Positions 29,822 through 41,433 are shown, counted from the stretch's first letter. The stretch is 64,000 bases of DNA from an uncultured Phycisphaerales bacterium (GCA_963758525.1 CAVWVQ010000003.1:3552001-3616000); one strand, 5' to 3'. Numbers and translations are program-made. Notes: generated from the letters alone by a model not told the origin.

Positions 29822-31300
29822 ATGGGCTTGTGCATCTCGCGGACGACGCGGGGGGCGGTCGTTGCGATCATCGGATCATGCGGTCTGCTCGCTTCGTGCA
29901 CCACGGCGAGTCACACCGCCTCTCTACCCGCAATTGTCGCCGGATCTCAAGCTCCATTGATGGCGAACTTCGATGCTGCCGCATTGCAGCAGCAATTCGA
30001 AGCGGTCGCCGATCGGGTCGCGCCGGCGGTGGTGGCCATAGCGGCAACCGAGCAGCACGCGCCAGCCGCCTCACGACTGGGCCGCGAAGACATCAATGGA
30101 GATCGTCTCGCGTCAATGCTCAGTTCCGTTGACCGCACCGTCGGCACTGGCTTTGTTGTGGATTCCAACGGCTATGTGCTGACAAACGACCACGTCGTGG
30201 ATGGGGCCGCGGAACTTTGGATCACAACCGACGATCACAAAGTCTATCCGGCTGTCGTCGTCGAATCCGATCCATACGCCGATCTCGCGCTCTTGAAAAT
30301 TCCCGCGGCAAACCTTGCGGTCGCAAAACTCAGTGATGGCCCCGAGCCCCGGCGCGGGCAGTGGACGATCGCTCTGGGCAACCCATACGGCATGTCAACC
30401 CGCGGGCAGATGTGCGCCAGCGTGGGTGTGGTCAGCGCCGTTGACCAGGCGCTTCCCCGCCTCTCCGACAAGGAGGACCGTCTTTACACTGGTTTGATTC
30501 AGACGACTGCACAGATCAACCCCGGCAACTCCGGCGGACCGCTGCTCAACCTCGCCGGCAAAGTTATTGGGATCAACACGGCGGTCATCCTGCCGCTCAA
30601 GCAGACCAATGGCATCGGATTCGCCATCCCCGCCTCCCGGCGACTCGCTGCCGAAATCGAAAATTTCAAGCAAGGCCGGCCGGTCGTGTACGGCTACCTC
30701 GGCGTGCGCGTCTCGTCTCCCACCCAGCACGAATGCGATGAAGCGCACCTGGACGACGGCTGTGGCGTGCGCATCGATTCGGTCGAGGACTCGTCGCCGG
30801 CCGCGGGCAATCTGCTGGCCGGGGATGTCATTGTCCGCTTTAATCAGCGCGACGTCGAAAGCTCGCAGCAGTTCAGCCGCCTGGTTTGCGATGCCCCGAT
30901 CGGCGAGCCGATCAGTGCCGATGTCCATCGCGCAGGCCGCGACCGCACGATCGGCTTCACGCTGCGGACCCGTCCGGCATCCGGCGCCGCCGATTCGCGG
31001 GAGAAGGACCGATTCCGCTGGAAAGGCCTCTTGCTCGGCTCGATCCCGCCAAACTGGCAAGCCGATGCGGACCCCCGGGCTGGAGCCGGTGTTCTGGTTC
31101 TTGCAATAGATCCGAAAAGCCCCTTCGTGCGCCAGGGAATTCAAGCGGGGGCGATCATCACCGCCATCGGCGGCAGCGCGGTTGAGAGCATCGCGCAATT
31201 CCAGGTCGCAGCAGAGCACTGCCGCGCTAAGGTGCCCGAGTTGCGCTTCACACCATCAACGGACCAACTGTTGGTCTCGGCAAGTCCGCCAGTTCGTTGA
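29822..31300 (+). CDS. HtrA/DegP-like serine protease with two PDZ domains (possible lipoprotein)
   Basis: GTGFVV, TNDHVV, ADLALLK, INPGNSGGPL, GYLGV; LLASC lipobox-like. Confidence 0.9.
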   Translation: MGLCISRTTRGAVVAIIGSCGLLASCTTASHTASLPAIVAGSQAPLMANFDAAALQQQFEAVADRVAPAVVAIAATEQHAPAASRLGREDINGDRLASMLSSVDRTVGTGFVVDSNGYVLTNDHVVDGAAELWITTDDHKVYPAVVVESDPYADLALLKIPAANLAVAKLSDGPEPRRGQWTIALGNPYGMSTRGQMCASVGVVSAVDQALPRLSDKEDRLYTGLIQTTAQINPGNSGGPLLNLAGKVIGINTAVILPLKQTNGIGFAIPASRRLAAEIENFKQGRPVVYGYLGVRVSSPTQHECDEAHLDDGCGVRIDSVEDSSPAAGNLLAGDVIVRFNQRDVESSQQFSRLVCDAPIGEPISADVHRAGRDRTIGFTLRTRPASGAADSREKDRFRWKGLLLGSIPPNWQADADPRAGAGVLVLAIDPKSPFVRQGIQAGAIITAIGGSAVESIAQFQVAAEHCRAKVPELRFTPSTDQLLVSASPPVR

Positions 31301-31329
31301 GTTCAAGTCGTTCTCCAGAGATTGCTCGC

Positions 31330-31510
31330 GGATCTGTTTCTTCCCGCGTGCGCAGCACACCGAATTTTTTAGCCGCCTCGCTCGCGAGGCGTGTCCAGCG
31401 GCGCGGATGTTTCGTTTGGCGCCGTTTGGAAGAATTACGCAACTGGACACGCCCCGCAAGCGAGGCGGCTAAAGAATCGGTGGGCTGCGCACGCGCGAAG
31501 AAGCAGATCC
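31330..31510. repeat. Long inverted repeat with nested TTAGCCGCCTCGC hairpins (REP family E)
   Basis: CGGATCTG..TTCTTC...GTGTCCAG mirrored by CTGGACAC...GAAGAAGCAGATCCG; related site near 53669. Confidence 0.75.
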
Positions 31511-31615
31511 GTCTTCCCCAAATCCACGCACCCCCGCTTGTCCCTCGTCTAACTTGGAATTCTTGAATGCTCTGCTGACTTCCCTCATAATCCCGCGCTT
31601 TTCCCCGCGGAGCGT

Positions 31616-34600
31616 ATGACTTCAGATCAAATTCGCCGGCAATTCATCGACTTCTTCGTGCAGAAGCATGGCCACACGTTCGTGCCAAGCTCTCCCGTCG
31701 TTCCGCACGACGATCCGACGCTCCTCTTCACCAATGCGGGAATGAACCAGTTCAAGCCGATTTTTCTCGGGCAGGAGCAGCGATCGTACACGCGCGCGGC
31801 CAACACGCAGAAATGCATCCGTGCCGGCGGGAAGCATAACGATCTCGACGACGTGGGCCGATCGCGCCGTCATCACACGTTCTTCGAGATGCTCGGCAAC
31901 TGGAGCTTCGGCGATTACTTCAAGCGCGGCGCCATCGAGATGGCGTGGGAGCTGCTCACCGGCGTCTGGAAGCTCGATCCAACGCGATTGCACGTCTCAT
32001 GCTACGAAGGCAATGAACCGGCCGGCATCCCCCGCGATCACGAAGCGGCGCACCTGTGGAAGGAAATCGCCGGGCTTCCCGACGATCACATTCATTATTT
32101 CGGTAAGGACAATTTCTGGGAAATGGGCGAAACCGGCCCGTGCGGCCCCTGTACGGAAATCTATATCGACCGCACGCCCGACAAGACCGGCGGCAAAGAC
32201 GTCAACGGCGAAGATCCGCGGGTCATGGAAATCTGGAACCTGGTGTTCATCCAGTTCAATCGCGATGCCGCCGGCAAGCTCACGCCGCTTCCTTCGCGGC
32301 ATGTGGATACGGGAATGGGCCTGGAGCGCATCTGCCAGGTGATCCAAAACAAAACGGACAACTACGGCACCGATCTGTGGACGCCGCTGTTCGACGCGAT
32401 ATCTCAAATCTCTAATTTGAAATACACCGGTCTGTTCCCCGCCACCAACGCCGCGGACCCGGTTGCGGAAGCCGCCAACGCGCAGCTGCGATACGACATT
32501 GCCTTCCGCGTCGTAGCGGATCATCTGCGCTGCCTGACCTTTGCGCTGACCGACGGCGCCGTGCCCAGCAACGAAGGGCGCGGCTACGTCTTGCGGCGAA
32601 TCCTCCGCCGGGCTGTGCGATTTGGTCGGCAGCAGCTTGGGCTCAATGAGCCGTTCATGCACCGACTGGTGCCGGTGATCGTCGATTCAATGGGCGAGAC
32701 GTTCCCGGAGTTGAAGAAGAACCCGCAACGTGTAATCGAACTGATAAAGGATGAGGAGATCAGTTTCGGCAAGACACTCGATCGCGGCATCGAGCTCTTT
32801 GAGGAGGCTGCGCAGAAGGGGAGCATCGTCGGCAGCGACGCATTCAAATTGCACGACACCTACGGTTTCCCCATCGATCTCACCCGCATCATGGCCGAAG
32901 AACGCGGCATGAGCGTCGATATCGCCGGGTACGAAAGGCTCATGGAGGAGGCAAGAGAGCGCGCGCGCGCTGGCGGGAAAAGACAGGACACGCGGATCGA
33001 GTCATTGTCGCCGGCCGCGCTGGCTCAGCTTGCACAGAGTGGCGTTGGTTCCACCGACGACGCGGCCAAGTATGCGCACGACCTCATTGAGGCGCGCGTC
33101 GTGGCGATCTGGAACGGGACCGATCTGGGTCTCTCTCCTGCCAACGCGTTTGATGATGGAGAACTGGGCATTATTCTCGACCGCACCAATTTCTACGCCG
33201 AGATGGGCGGGCAAGCGGGCGACCGGGGCGAATTGCTCGGAAGCGGCTTCTCTACCCCCTCTCCCGGTACGCCGGGAGAGGGTCGGGGTGAGGGTGATTT
33301 CGAGCACCAACAGCGCTCGACCCTCGAAATCACCCTCACCCCAGCCCTCTCCCGGAGTACCGGGAGAGGGGGTAAGCGCCCGAACTTTTGCAACCGGCCC
33401 CTGGCGGCGCGGAAACGATTTTCGACGTCGAGACAACCCGCGCCGCTGGCGGATACGTGATGCACGTCGGTCGAGTGCGCTTCGGAAAACTCCGTGTCGG
33501 AGACATTGTCACGACGAGAGTCGTCGGCGACCGACTGCTAACCGAGAAGAATCACACATCCACGCACATCGCCAACTGGGCGCTCCGCGAAGTCCTCGGC
33601 GAGGATGTGCAACAGAAGGGATCGCTCGTCGATCCGGAAAAACTCCGATTCGATTTTTCGCACGGCAAGTCGCTGAGCGATGAAGAACTCGAACGCGTTG
33701 AGGAACTGGTCACGGAGCGGATCGAACAGAAGCTCCCGATTTTCGCCGAGGAAGCGCCGCAGGAACAGGCGTTGAAAATCAACGGACTTCGCGCGGTGTT
33801 CGGCGAGAAATATCCGCCGATGGTGCGCGTCGTGAGCGTCGGAGTTCCCGTCGATCAACTGCTCGCTGATCCCGCCAATGAGAAATGGCGTGAGTATTCG
33901 ATTGAATTCTGCGGCGGCACGCACCTGGGCAACAGTGCTGAGGCGGAGGCATTTGTCATCACGGGCGAGGAGTCCGTCAGCAAAGGCGTCCGACGGGTCG
34001 TCGCCCTCACGGGGCCAGCCGTGCGCCAGGCAAACGAGAACGCCCGGCAGATCGACTTGCTGGTGAACCAGGCCCGGGAAACGCAAGGCGATGAGTTGCC
34101 ACCGTTGATCGCCGCGCTCACCGCCGCAATCGGGGCCGGTCCGATTCCACTCCGCGCCAGCGCCGTGCGCAGCTCGTCATCAGTGAGTTGCAATCGAAGC
34201 TCAGGGCGTTCGAAAAATCGAAACCTTCCGGCTCGGGAAGCGCGAAAGTGGACGTGACCGCGTTGGCGCACAAGCTGCTGAGCGACGCCCGCGCGGAAGG
34301 AGTTGAGAAGCTGATCATCGGAGAACTTCCCGGAGCGTCCGACGATCAGCTCCGTTCATCCATGGACTGGCTGAAGAAACAAACCGCCAGTTACGCAATT
34401 CTTCTCGCCACGCGAGGCGAGGAAAAGGTGACCTTCATCGCCGCGGTAAGCGACGATCACATCGCCAACGGCCTCAAGGCCGGCGACTGGATTCGCGAAA
34501 CCGCGAAAGTCGCCGGAGGCGGAGGTGGCGGCCGACCGCAGATGGCGCAGGCGGGGGGGAAAGACCCGACGAAACTCGAAGCAGCTCTGAAGACTGCCCA

Positions 34601-34628
34601 CGAGTATGCTGCGAGGTTTGTGCGATAG
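31616..34628 (+). CDS. alaS: Alanine--tRNA ligase; frameshifts near 33385 and 34158; internal palindromic insertion
   Basis: FTNAGMNQFK, HHTFFEMLGNWSFGDYFK, DTGMGLER, editing HTSTH and EFCGGTH, GGGGGGRPQMAQAGG across three frames. Confidence 0.95.
33253..33374. repeat. REP doublet family B (CCCCTCTCCCGG..CCGGGAGAGGG) inside alaS
   Basis: 52-bp arms (33253-33304 and 33323-33374) with 3 mismatches. Confidence 0.9.
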
Positions 34629-34649
34629 GGGGGGGCAAGGGCGAATGTC

Positions 34650-34878
34650 GAAATCAGAATCCCCTGTGCCGAAACCAGAATGACGAAACCAGAATCCCCG
34701 AACGAAACCAGAATGACAAATGACCGAATGAAGAGGGGTCAAGACCAGTTCACGGGTCACGGCAGCTTCAGCGGTGTCATTGTTGGGGGGTGTTGGCAGT
34801 AGAACTTCCGTTTCGACATTCGGTCATTCGGGCTTCGGATTTGATTCGACATTCGCGTTTCGGAATTCTGGTTTCCGC
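34650..34878 (+). repeat. ~229-bp dispersed element, inverted copy at 40784-41012
   Basis: GAATGAC/GAAACCA-rich ends and a unique core shared in reverse complement. Confidence 0.85.
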
Positions 34879-34895
34879 TCCACGTGCGGCTTTGC

Positions 34896-34924
34896 TTGAC
34901 AGAACAAACCGCACCTTCTAACGT
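34896..34924 (+). promoter_or_regulatory. Putative sigma70 promoter of the rpmF-fab operon
   Basis: TTGACA-N17-TAACGT. Confidence 0.5.
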
Positions 34925-35035
34925 AACCCTCTTTCTCAGCCCCGCGAGCGTGAAATACGCGGCTGGCGGTTTGATCTATTCAACAGGGTTCCGACGTTAG
35001 CTTCATCGCGGTCGGCCGAAAGAGAGTCGCTTCTC

Positions 35036-35221
35036 ATGCTTCCCGTACAGAAACACAGCAAGGCTCGGAAACGCAAACGCCGTGCACATCAGGCATTGCG
35101 GCCGATCCATTATGTTCGCTGCCCCCAATGCGGAAGCGCCAAGCTGCCTCATTGTGCGTGCGATAATTGCGGGTATGTGAACCCGAAACTGGCGTTGCAG
35201 ATGGGTCCGGAAACCGCCTGA
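35036..35221 (+). CDS. rpmF: 50S ribosomal protein L32
   Basis: PVQKHSKARKRKRRAH, CPQCG..KLPH..CDNCGY; upstream of plsX. Confidence 0.93.
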   Translation: MLPVQKHSKARKRKRRAHQALRPIHYVRCPQCGSAKLPHCACDNCGYVNPKLALQMGPETA

Positions 35222-35249
35222 GCCAGGCCTCGCCTGACGGAGGTTTTGC

Positions 35250-36268
35250 TTGCGAGCTGCGGTGGACGTGATGGGCGGCGATCGCGCGCCAGACGCGATT
35301 CTCAAGGGATGCTGGGAAGCCGCGCCCTGCTTGACGGCGACGACGCGGTGTATCTCGTCGGTGACGAAGTGATCGTCCGCGGCGCTTTGGACGCCTGCAC
35401 GCTCCCGCCCGAAGTCAAAGCCCGTTACAAACCGGTCTTCTCCACCGAAGTCGTCACCATGGACGAATCGCCGGTCGAGGCGGTTCGCTCCAAGCCGAAC
35501 AGCTCCATCGCCATCATGTGCAAGCTCGCCGCCAAGGGCGAGGCGGATGTCGTGATTTCCGCGGGAAACACCGGCGCCTGCGTGGCCGCGGCGCAATTGC
35601 GAATGCGAACCCTTCCCGGAGTCAGCCGGCCGGGGATCGCGGTCACGATGCCGACCTTTTACGGACCGGTCGTGATCTGCGACGTTGGCGCCAACATCGC
35701 TCCCCAGCCGCGGCATCTGATGCAATATGCATTGATGGCCAGCGCCTACGCGACGGCTGTTTGCAATATTCAAAACCCCCGCGTCGGGCTGCTCTCCATT
35801 GGCGAGGAAGACGGCAAGGGGACGACCATGGTCAAGGACGCCCGCAAGCTGATGCGCGACGAGCCGCAGATCAATTACATCGGCAACGTCGAGGGCCGCG
35901 ACCTGTTTAAGGGGACAGTCGACGTGGTCGTCTGCGACGGGTTCGTCGGCAACGTGGTGCTCAAGTGCTCCGAGGGGATGGCAGAGGGAATGTTTCAGAC
36001 CATTCTCGCGGCACTCAATGACGCCGATCCGGGCCTGATCGAGAAGTTCAAGCCGATCATGAAGCAGATTCACAAGAAGCACGACTGGCAGGAATACGGG
36101 GGAGCGCCGCTGCTGGGAGTGGGGGGATATTGCCTGATCTGTCACGGCCGGTCGGAGAGCCGCGCGATCATGAACGCCATTCGCGTCGGCAAGCAACTGG
36201 TCATCAGCGGGATCAATCAAAAGATCGTGAAGGAAATCGCCGCGAGCATCCCCGGTGGCGAAGAGTAA
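35250..36268 (+). CDS. plsX: Phosphate acyltransferase; frameshift near 35326
   Basis: MRAAVDVMGGDRAP in frame 1; SAGNTGA, DVGAN, GNVEGRD, VCDGFVGN, YGGAPLLG in frame 2. Confidence 0.93.
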
Positions 36269-36271
36269 TCC

Positions 36272-37257
36272 ATGTCTCGATTCGGTTCCATCCTCGCTGG
36301 CACGGGCAGCTACGTTCCAGAGAAGCGTTTGACCAACGATGAACTCTCCGGAATGGTGGATACGAACGACGCATGGATCGTGCAGCGCACCGGTATTCGC
36401 GAGCGCCGGATTGCCGGGCCGGGCGAATCCACCGCCTCGATGGCGGTTTCCGCCGCGCAAAGGCGCTCGCCGCGGCGGGACTCGAGGCTGACGAACTCGA
36501 TCTGATTATCTGCGGCACGATCTCCCCGGAGATGCATTTCCCTTCGACCGCCTGCTTCGTCGCCGCGGAACTGGGGCTCAAGTCGACGCCGGCGTTCGAC
36601 ATTGCCGCGGCATGCAGCGGATTTATCTACACGTTGGAAACCGCTTCGAACTTCCTCAAGAGCGGAAGCTATCGCAACGTGCTGATCATTGGCGCCGAAA
36701 CGCTCAGCCGGATCACCGATTATCGCGATCGCGGCAGTTGCATCCTTTTTGGCGACGGCGCGGGCGCGGTGGTGCTGCGCCAGTCGCCCGATCCGAGGCG
36801 CGGCGTGATTTACAGCAGCCTGCATGCCGACGGTCACGGCTGGGAAATGCTCTACTGCCGGCCCGGCAGCCGCCATCCGTTGACGGCCGAAGGAATCGCC
36901 GCGGGCGATCAGTTCATGAAAATCAAGGGCCGCGAAGTATATAAATTTGCGGTGCAGCGATTCGAAGAGCTGATCGAAGACGCAATGCGAAAGTGTGAAT
37001 TGTCGAACGATGACGTGAAGCTGATCGTCCCGCACCAGGTGAATCAGCGCATCATCGACTCGGCGATGCACAAACTCGATCTTCCCATCGAGAAGGCGTT
37101 TGTGAATATCAGCAAATACGGCAACACCTCAGCCGCCTCCATCCCCATCGCGCTCGATGAAGCGACCCGCGAAGGTCGTATTTCTCCGGGCGATATTGTC
37201 ATCCTCGTGGCGTTTGGCGCCGGGCTCACCTGGGCGAACGCGGTCATCAGATTCTAA
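36272..37257 (+). CDS. fabH: 3-oxoacyl-ACP synthase III; frameshift near 36460
   Basis: [45 protein letters not shown]. Confidence 0.93.
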
Positions 37258-37303
37258 TGCACCCGCAAGACGCAAAATCCGCTGTATGCGAGTTGCCTGC
37301 CGC

Positions 37304-37412
37304 GTGGCATGGGCGTCCCGCCCATGCGGACGACACAGGAGAAGGAAAACGCGCAATATTGAAGCTCTGTGTCAGTTTCCGCGTCGCTAACATGGGCGGG
37401 ACGCCCATGCCG
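37304..37412. repeat. REP doublet family C (GTGGCAYGGGCRTCCYGCCCRTG)
   Basis: Inverted pair; relatives at 43874-43981 and 50234-50343. Confidence 0.75.
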
Positions 37413-37428
37413 CGGGGAAGGCGGTAAC

Positions 37429-38379
37429 ATGGCCAAGCGAACCTACATTCTTTGCCCGGGGCAGGGTGCGCAGGCCGTCGGCATGGCGAAGGAACTTTAC
37501 GATGCGGCGCCGGTCGCGCGGGAAGTGTTCGATTCGGCCCGGCAGATTCTCGACTGGGATCTCGCATCGATCTGCTTCAACGGGCCCGAAGACCGTCTGA
37601 ATCAAACGGACGTGAGCCAGCCGGCGATTTATGCGGCAAGCGTCGCCAGCTTCCGCGCGGCACGCGCGGCTGGCGTCATCGATCCGTCAGCGGTCGTGGC
37701 CTATGCAGGCCTCAGCCTCGGCGAATACACAGCGCTGCACCTGGCGGGAGTCTTCAGCTTCGAGGACGGCCTGAAGCTGGTCGCGGCGCGGGGTCGCTAC
37801 ATGCAGCAGGCGGCTGTCGCGTCGCCCAGCGGCATGGTTGCCGTGCTCGGCGCGGATGAAGAAGCAGTCGCCAGGCTTTGTCAGGAAGCGGCCGGTGGAG
37901 AAGTGCTGGTTCCTGCCAATATCAACGCGCCAGGCCAGATCATCATCAGCGGGAGCAACGGCGCGTGTGCGCGAGCCCTGGCGGTCGCGGAGGCGGCCGG
38001 GTTGAAGGTGACGATGCTCAAGGTCGCCGGCGCGTTTCACAGCCCGCTGATGCAATCGGCGGCCGACAAGATGCGGGCCGAATTGGAGCGCGTGCGGTTT
38101 GCTTCGCCGGCGACGGCTGTGTATTCAAACGTGACCGCAACACCGCATACGGACCCTGAAGGGATCAAAAGGCTGCTGGTTGATCAGATCGTCTCGCCGG
38201 TGCAGTGGGAACGGACGATGAAGACGATCCTGGCTGACGCGGAAGGTCGGTATGTTGAGTTGAGCCCCGGCCGGACCCTTGCGGGATTGGCCAAGCGGAT
38301 CAACCGCAGGCTTGCGGTCGAGAGCGTGGCAACGGCGGAATCCATCGCGCAACTTGCCGGAATTGAGAGGCTGACATGA
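37429..38379 (+). CDS. fabD: Malonyl-CoA:ACP transacylase
   Basis: PGQGAQ, GLSLGEY, GAFHSPLM, SPVQW. Confidence 0.95.
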   Translation: MAKRTYILCPGQGAQAVGMAKELYDAAPVAREVFDSARQILDWDLASICFNGPEDRLNQTDVSQPAIYAASVASFRAARAAGVIDPSAVVAYAGLSLGEYTALHLAGVFSFEDGLKLVAARGRYMQQAAVASPSGMVAVLGADEEAVARLCQEAAGGEVLVPANINAPGQIIISGSNGACARALAVAEAAGLKVTMLKVAGAFHSPLMQSAADKMRAELERVRFASPATAVYSNVTATPHTDPEGIKRLLVDQIVSPVQWERTMKTILADAEGRYVELSPGRTLAGLAKRINRRLAVESVATAESIAQLAGIERLT

Positions 38380-39113
38380 CAGAACAGCGCGTGGCATTCG
38401 TGACCGGTGGCTCCCGGGGAATCGGCGCGGCCATCGTCAAGCGTCTGGCGAAGGATGGATTGCATGTGGTGGCGGTGGCGCGTCAGATGGACAAGCTGCA
38501 GGAAGTCTGCCAGGCCGTCGCTCAGGCGGAGGGCCTCGCCGAAGCGGTGGTCTGCGACGTAGCCGATCCGAAGGCGCTCGCCGCTGCCATCGAGCAGGTC
38601 GCCGACAGGCATGGGCGTCTTGACGTGCTGGTGAACAACGCCGGAATCACCAAAGACGGGCTGATCCTGCGGATGGACGACGAGGACTTCGATACCGTGA
38701 TTGCGACCAATCTCAAGAGCGCGTTCGTGGCGATTCGCGCCGCGGCCCGCCCGATGATGCGCTCCAGGAGCGGCCGGATCATCAACATCAGCAGCGTCTC
38801 GGGCGTTGCGGGAAACGCCGGGCAGGCCAACTACGCCGCCAGCAAGGCGGGCCTGATCGGTCTGTCGAAGAGCGTGGCGCGGGAGCTGGCGGGCAAGGGG
38901 ATCACGTCGAACGTGGTGGCCCCGGGTTTCATCACGACTGACATGACCAGCGCGTTGAACGACAAGTTGAAGGAAACCGTCAAAGGGGCGATCCCGCTGC
39001 GCCGCTTCGGCGAGGCGGACGAAGTGGCGGCCGCCGTGGCGTTTTTCGCCAGCGAAGCGGCTGCTTATGTGACTGGTCAAGTGTTATGCGTAGACGGCGG
39101 CATGGTGATGTAG
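38376..39113 (+). CDS. fabG: 3-oxoacyl-ACP reductase
   Basis: TGGSRGIG, NNAGIT, NYAASKAG, PGFI; operon context. Confidence 0.95.
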   Translation: MTEQRVAFVTGGSRGIGAAIVKRLAKDGLHVVAVARQMDKLQEVCQAVAQAEGLAEAVVCDVADPKALAAAIEQVADRHGRLDVLVNNAGITKDGLILRMDDEDFDTVIATNLKSAFVAIRAAARPMMRSRSGRIINISSVSGVAGNAGQANYAASKAGLIGLSKSVARELAGKGITSNVVAPGFITTDMTSALNDKLKETVKGAIPLRRFGEADEVAAAVAFFASEAAAYVTGQVLCVDGGMVM

Positions 39114-39202
39114 TTTGCAAATGCATTGCCCACCGCTATATTTTTTCAACCTCCGGCCGCGCGGTCTGAGCGAACGGTCTGCACAGGGAAGGTGGAATTT
39201 CT

Positions 39203-39442
39203 ATGGAAGATTTGGAACAGAAAGTCATTGAGATCGTCAGCGAGCAAATGGGCGTTGATAAGAGCGAGATCACTCGCGAAACCCATTTCATCAACGATCT
39301 GAATGCTGACTCCCTCGATACCGTCGAGCTGGTCATGGAATTTGAAGACGAATTCGAGCTCTCCATTCCGGATGAAGAGGCGGAGAAGATTCAAACCGTT
39401 GGCCAGGCCATCGACTACATCAAGGGTCATTCCAGCAAGTAG
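39203..39442 (+). CDS. acpP: Acyl carrier protein
   Basis: [20 protein letters not shown]. Confidence 0.97.
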   Translation: MEDLEQKVIEIVSEQMGVDKSEITRETHFINDLNADSLDTVELVMEFEDEFELSIPDEEAEKIQTVGQAIDYIKGHSSK

Positions 39443-39511
39443 ACAACTCGAGCCCCAGCGACGGCGCCTGGCGGAGGCGCCGGCTGCGGCTCTGACTCTT
39501 TCCGCGTCCAA

Positions 39512-40756
39512 ATGATGTCACAACGCCGCGTCGTGGTCACTGGCCTGGGGGTTGTCACCTCGCTTGGCGAATTAGCCGACGAGATGTGGGAGAAGGTCTG
39601 CGCCGGGCAATGCGGCATTGGGCCGGTGCGCAGATGGGATGTCAGCAAATTCCCCATCCGCATCGGCGGGGAGTGCCTTTCGTTTGACGTCACCAGCTAC
39701 GGCGTCGACAGCCGCGAGGCAAAGCGCATGGACCGCTTCGCTCAGATGGGGCTGGCCGCGTCCATCAGCGCGGTAAAGGATGCCGGTATCGATTTCGAGA
39801 AGGAAGACCGCGACCGCTGCGGCGTCGTGATTGGGTCGGGCATCGGCGGGATTGAGACGATCCAGGAGCAGAACGCCATCCTCATTTCCCGCGGCGTCGG
39901 AAGAGTCAGCCCTTTCACGGTCCCCCGGCTGATGGCGAACGCGGCCAGCGGCAATGTCTCGATCCGGTATCAACTGCACGGCCCCAATACCTGCGTCGCG
40001 ACCGCCTGTGCCACCGGCTCCAACGCCATCGGCGACGGCGGGCGTTTCATTCAATACAACCTCGCCGACGTGGTGATAGCCGGCGGCAGCGAAGCTGCCC
40101 TGTGCGAGATGGGAATGGGAAGCTTCATCGCTTCGCGGGCTCTCTCGGCCCGCAACGATGATCCGCAGCATTCCAGCCGGCCATGGGATAAGGACCGCGA
40201 CGGTTTTGTCATGTCCGAAGGCGCCGGCATCGTCATCCTTGAAGAGTACGAACACGCCAAAAAACGCGGCGCGCGGATCTATTCTGAATTGATCGGATAC
40301 GGGATGAGCGGCGACGGCTCTCACATCACTGCCCCCGAGCCCGAAGGCCGCGGGGCGGCGCTGGCGATGAAGCTGGCCCTGAAAGACGCGGGCGTCAACG
40401 GCGACATCGTCGACTACATCAACGCCCACGGCACCAGCACTCCGCTCGGTGACCTGGCCGAAACCAAAGCCGTAAAGACCACCTTCGGCTCCCATGCCCG
40501 GAAAGTCGCGATCAGCTCGACCAAGAGCCAGCTCGGCCATCTCCTGGGCGCCAGCGGCGGCGTGGAAGCGGCCATCACGTCGCTGGCGATCTATCACAAT
40601 CTCATGCCGCCCACGATCAATCTGGAGCATCCCGACGAGGGGTGTGATCTGGATTACATTCCCAACAAGGCGCACGACAAGCACGTAATCCACGCCATGA
40701 GCAACAGCTTCGGATTCGGCGGGCATAACGCCTCATTGCTGTTTAAAAAAGTGTGA
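39512..40756 (+). CDS. fabF: 3-oxoacyl-ACP synthase II
   Basis: TACATG, NAHGTST, GHLLGA, NSFGFGGHN. Confidence 0.96.
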   Translation: MMSQRRVVVTGLGVVTSLGELADEMWEKVCAGQCGIGPVRRWDVSKFPIRIGGECLSFDVTSYGVDSREAKRMDRFAQMGLAASISAVKDAGIDFEKEDRDRCGVVIGSGIGGIETIQEQNAILISRGVGRVSPFTVPRLMANAASGNVSIRYQLHGPNTCVATACATGSNAIGDGGRFIQYNLADVVIAGGSEAALCEMGMGSFIASRALSARNDDPQHSSRPWDKDRDGFVMSEGAGIVILEEYEHAKKRGARIYSELIGYGMSGDGSHITAPEPEGRGAALAMKLALKDAGVNGDIVDYINAHGTSTPLGDLAETKAVKTTFGSHARKVAISSTKSQLGHLLGASGGVEAAITSLAIYHNLMPPTINLEHPDEGCDLDYIPNKAHDKHVIHAMSNSFGFGGHNASLLFKKV

Positions 40757-40783
40757 CGTGCTCGGATTCGGCCGCCACTGCGG

Positions 40784-41012
40784 GCGGAAACCAGAATTCC
40801 GAAACCCGAATGTCGAATCAAATCCGAAGCCCGAATGACCGAATGTCGAAACGGAAGTTCTACTGCCAACACTCTCCAACATGACACCGTTGAAGTTGCC
40901 GTGACCCGGTCTTGACCAGTCTTCATTCGGTCATCTGTCATTCTGGTTTCATTCTTTCATTCGGGGATTCTGGTTTCGTCATTCTGGTTTCGGCGCAGGC
41001 GATTCTGGTTTC
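40784..41012 (-). repeat. Inverted copy of the 34650-34878 element
   Basis: Reverse-complement match including GTTGGCAGTAGAACTTCCGTTTCGACATTCGGTCATTCGGGCTTCGGATTTGATTCGAC. Confidence 0.85.
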
Positions 41013-41106
41013 TCAAGCTTCGTCCTTCGAGCTTCCGCCCCCAGTGGCGTCCCGCCTGTTGCGTTGCCCGGCGAGTTGCCGATAATCCCCCGGACCGCTC
41101 TTCAGT

Positions 41107-41433
41107 TTGAAAGGATGCCGCTTGCCGGTGGTTCGCTCTGAGCGCAGGCCTCTCTTATCGCCCGGACGCGAGCTGGCGCACATTCTCAAGATGCAGGTGC
41201 CGGTGATCGTCAAGCTGGCGGACCGGAAGCTGGCGGTCTCGGAAGTGATGCGGCTGGGCACCGGCGCCATCATCGAATTCAGCAAGCGCAGCGACGAGCC
41301 GCTGGAGTTGCTCATCAACAACAAAACAATCGGGCTGGGCGAAACCGTGAAGGTGGGGGAAAACTTCGGCCTGCGTCTCACACAGATCGGCGAAGTGAAA
41401 CAGCTCATCCGGGCGCTGAGCGGAAAGCGGTGA
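41107..41433 (+). CDS. FliM/FliN C-terminal (SpoA) domain protein; start uncertain
   Basis: LGTGAIIEFSK...PLELLINNKTIGLGETVKVGENFGLRLT. Confidence 0.8.
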   Translation: MKGCRLPVVRSERRPLLSPGRELAHILKMQVPVIVKLADRKLAVSEVMRLGTGAIIEFSKRSDEPLELLINNKTIGLGETVKVGENFGLRLTQIGEVKQLIRALSGKR

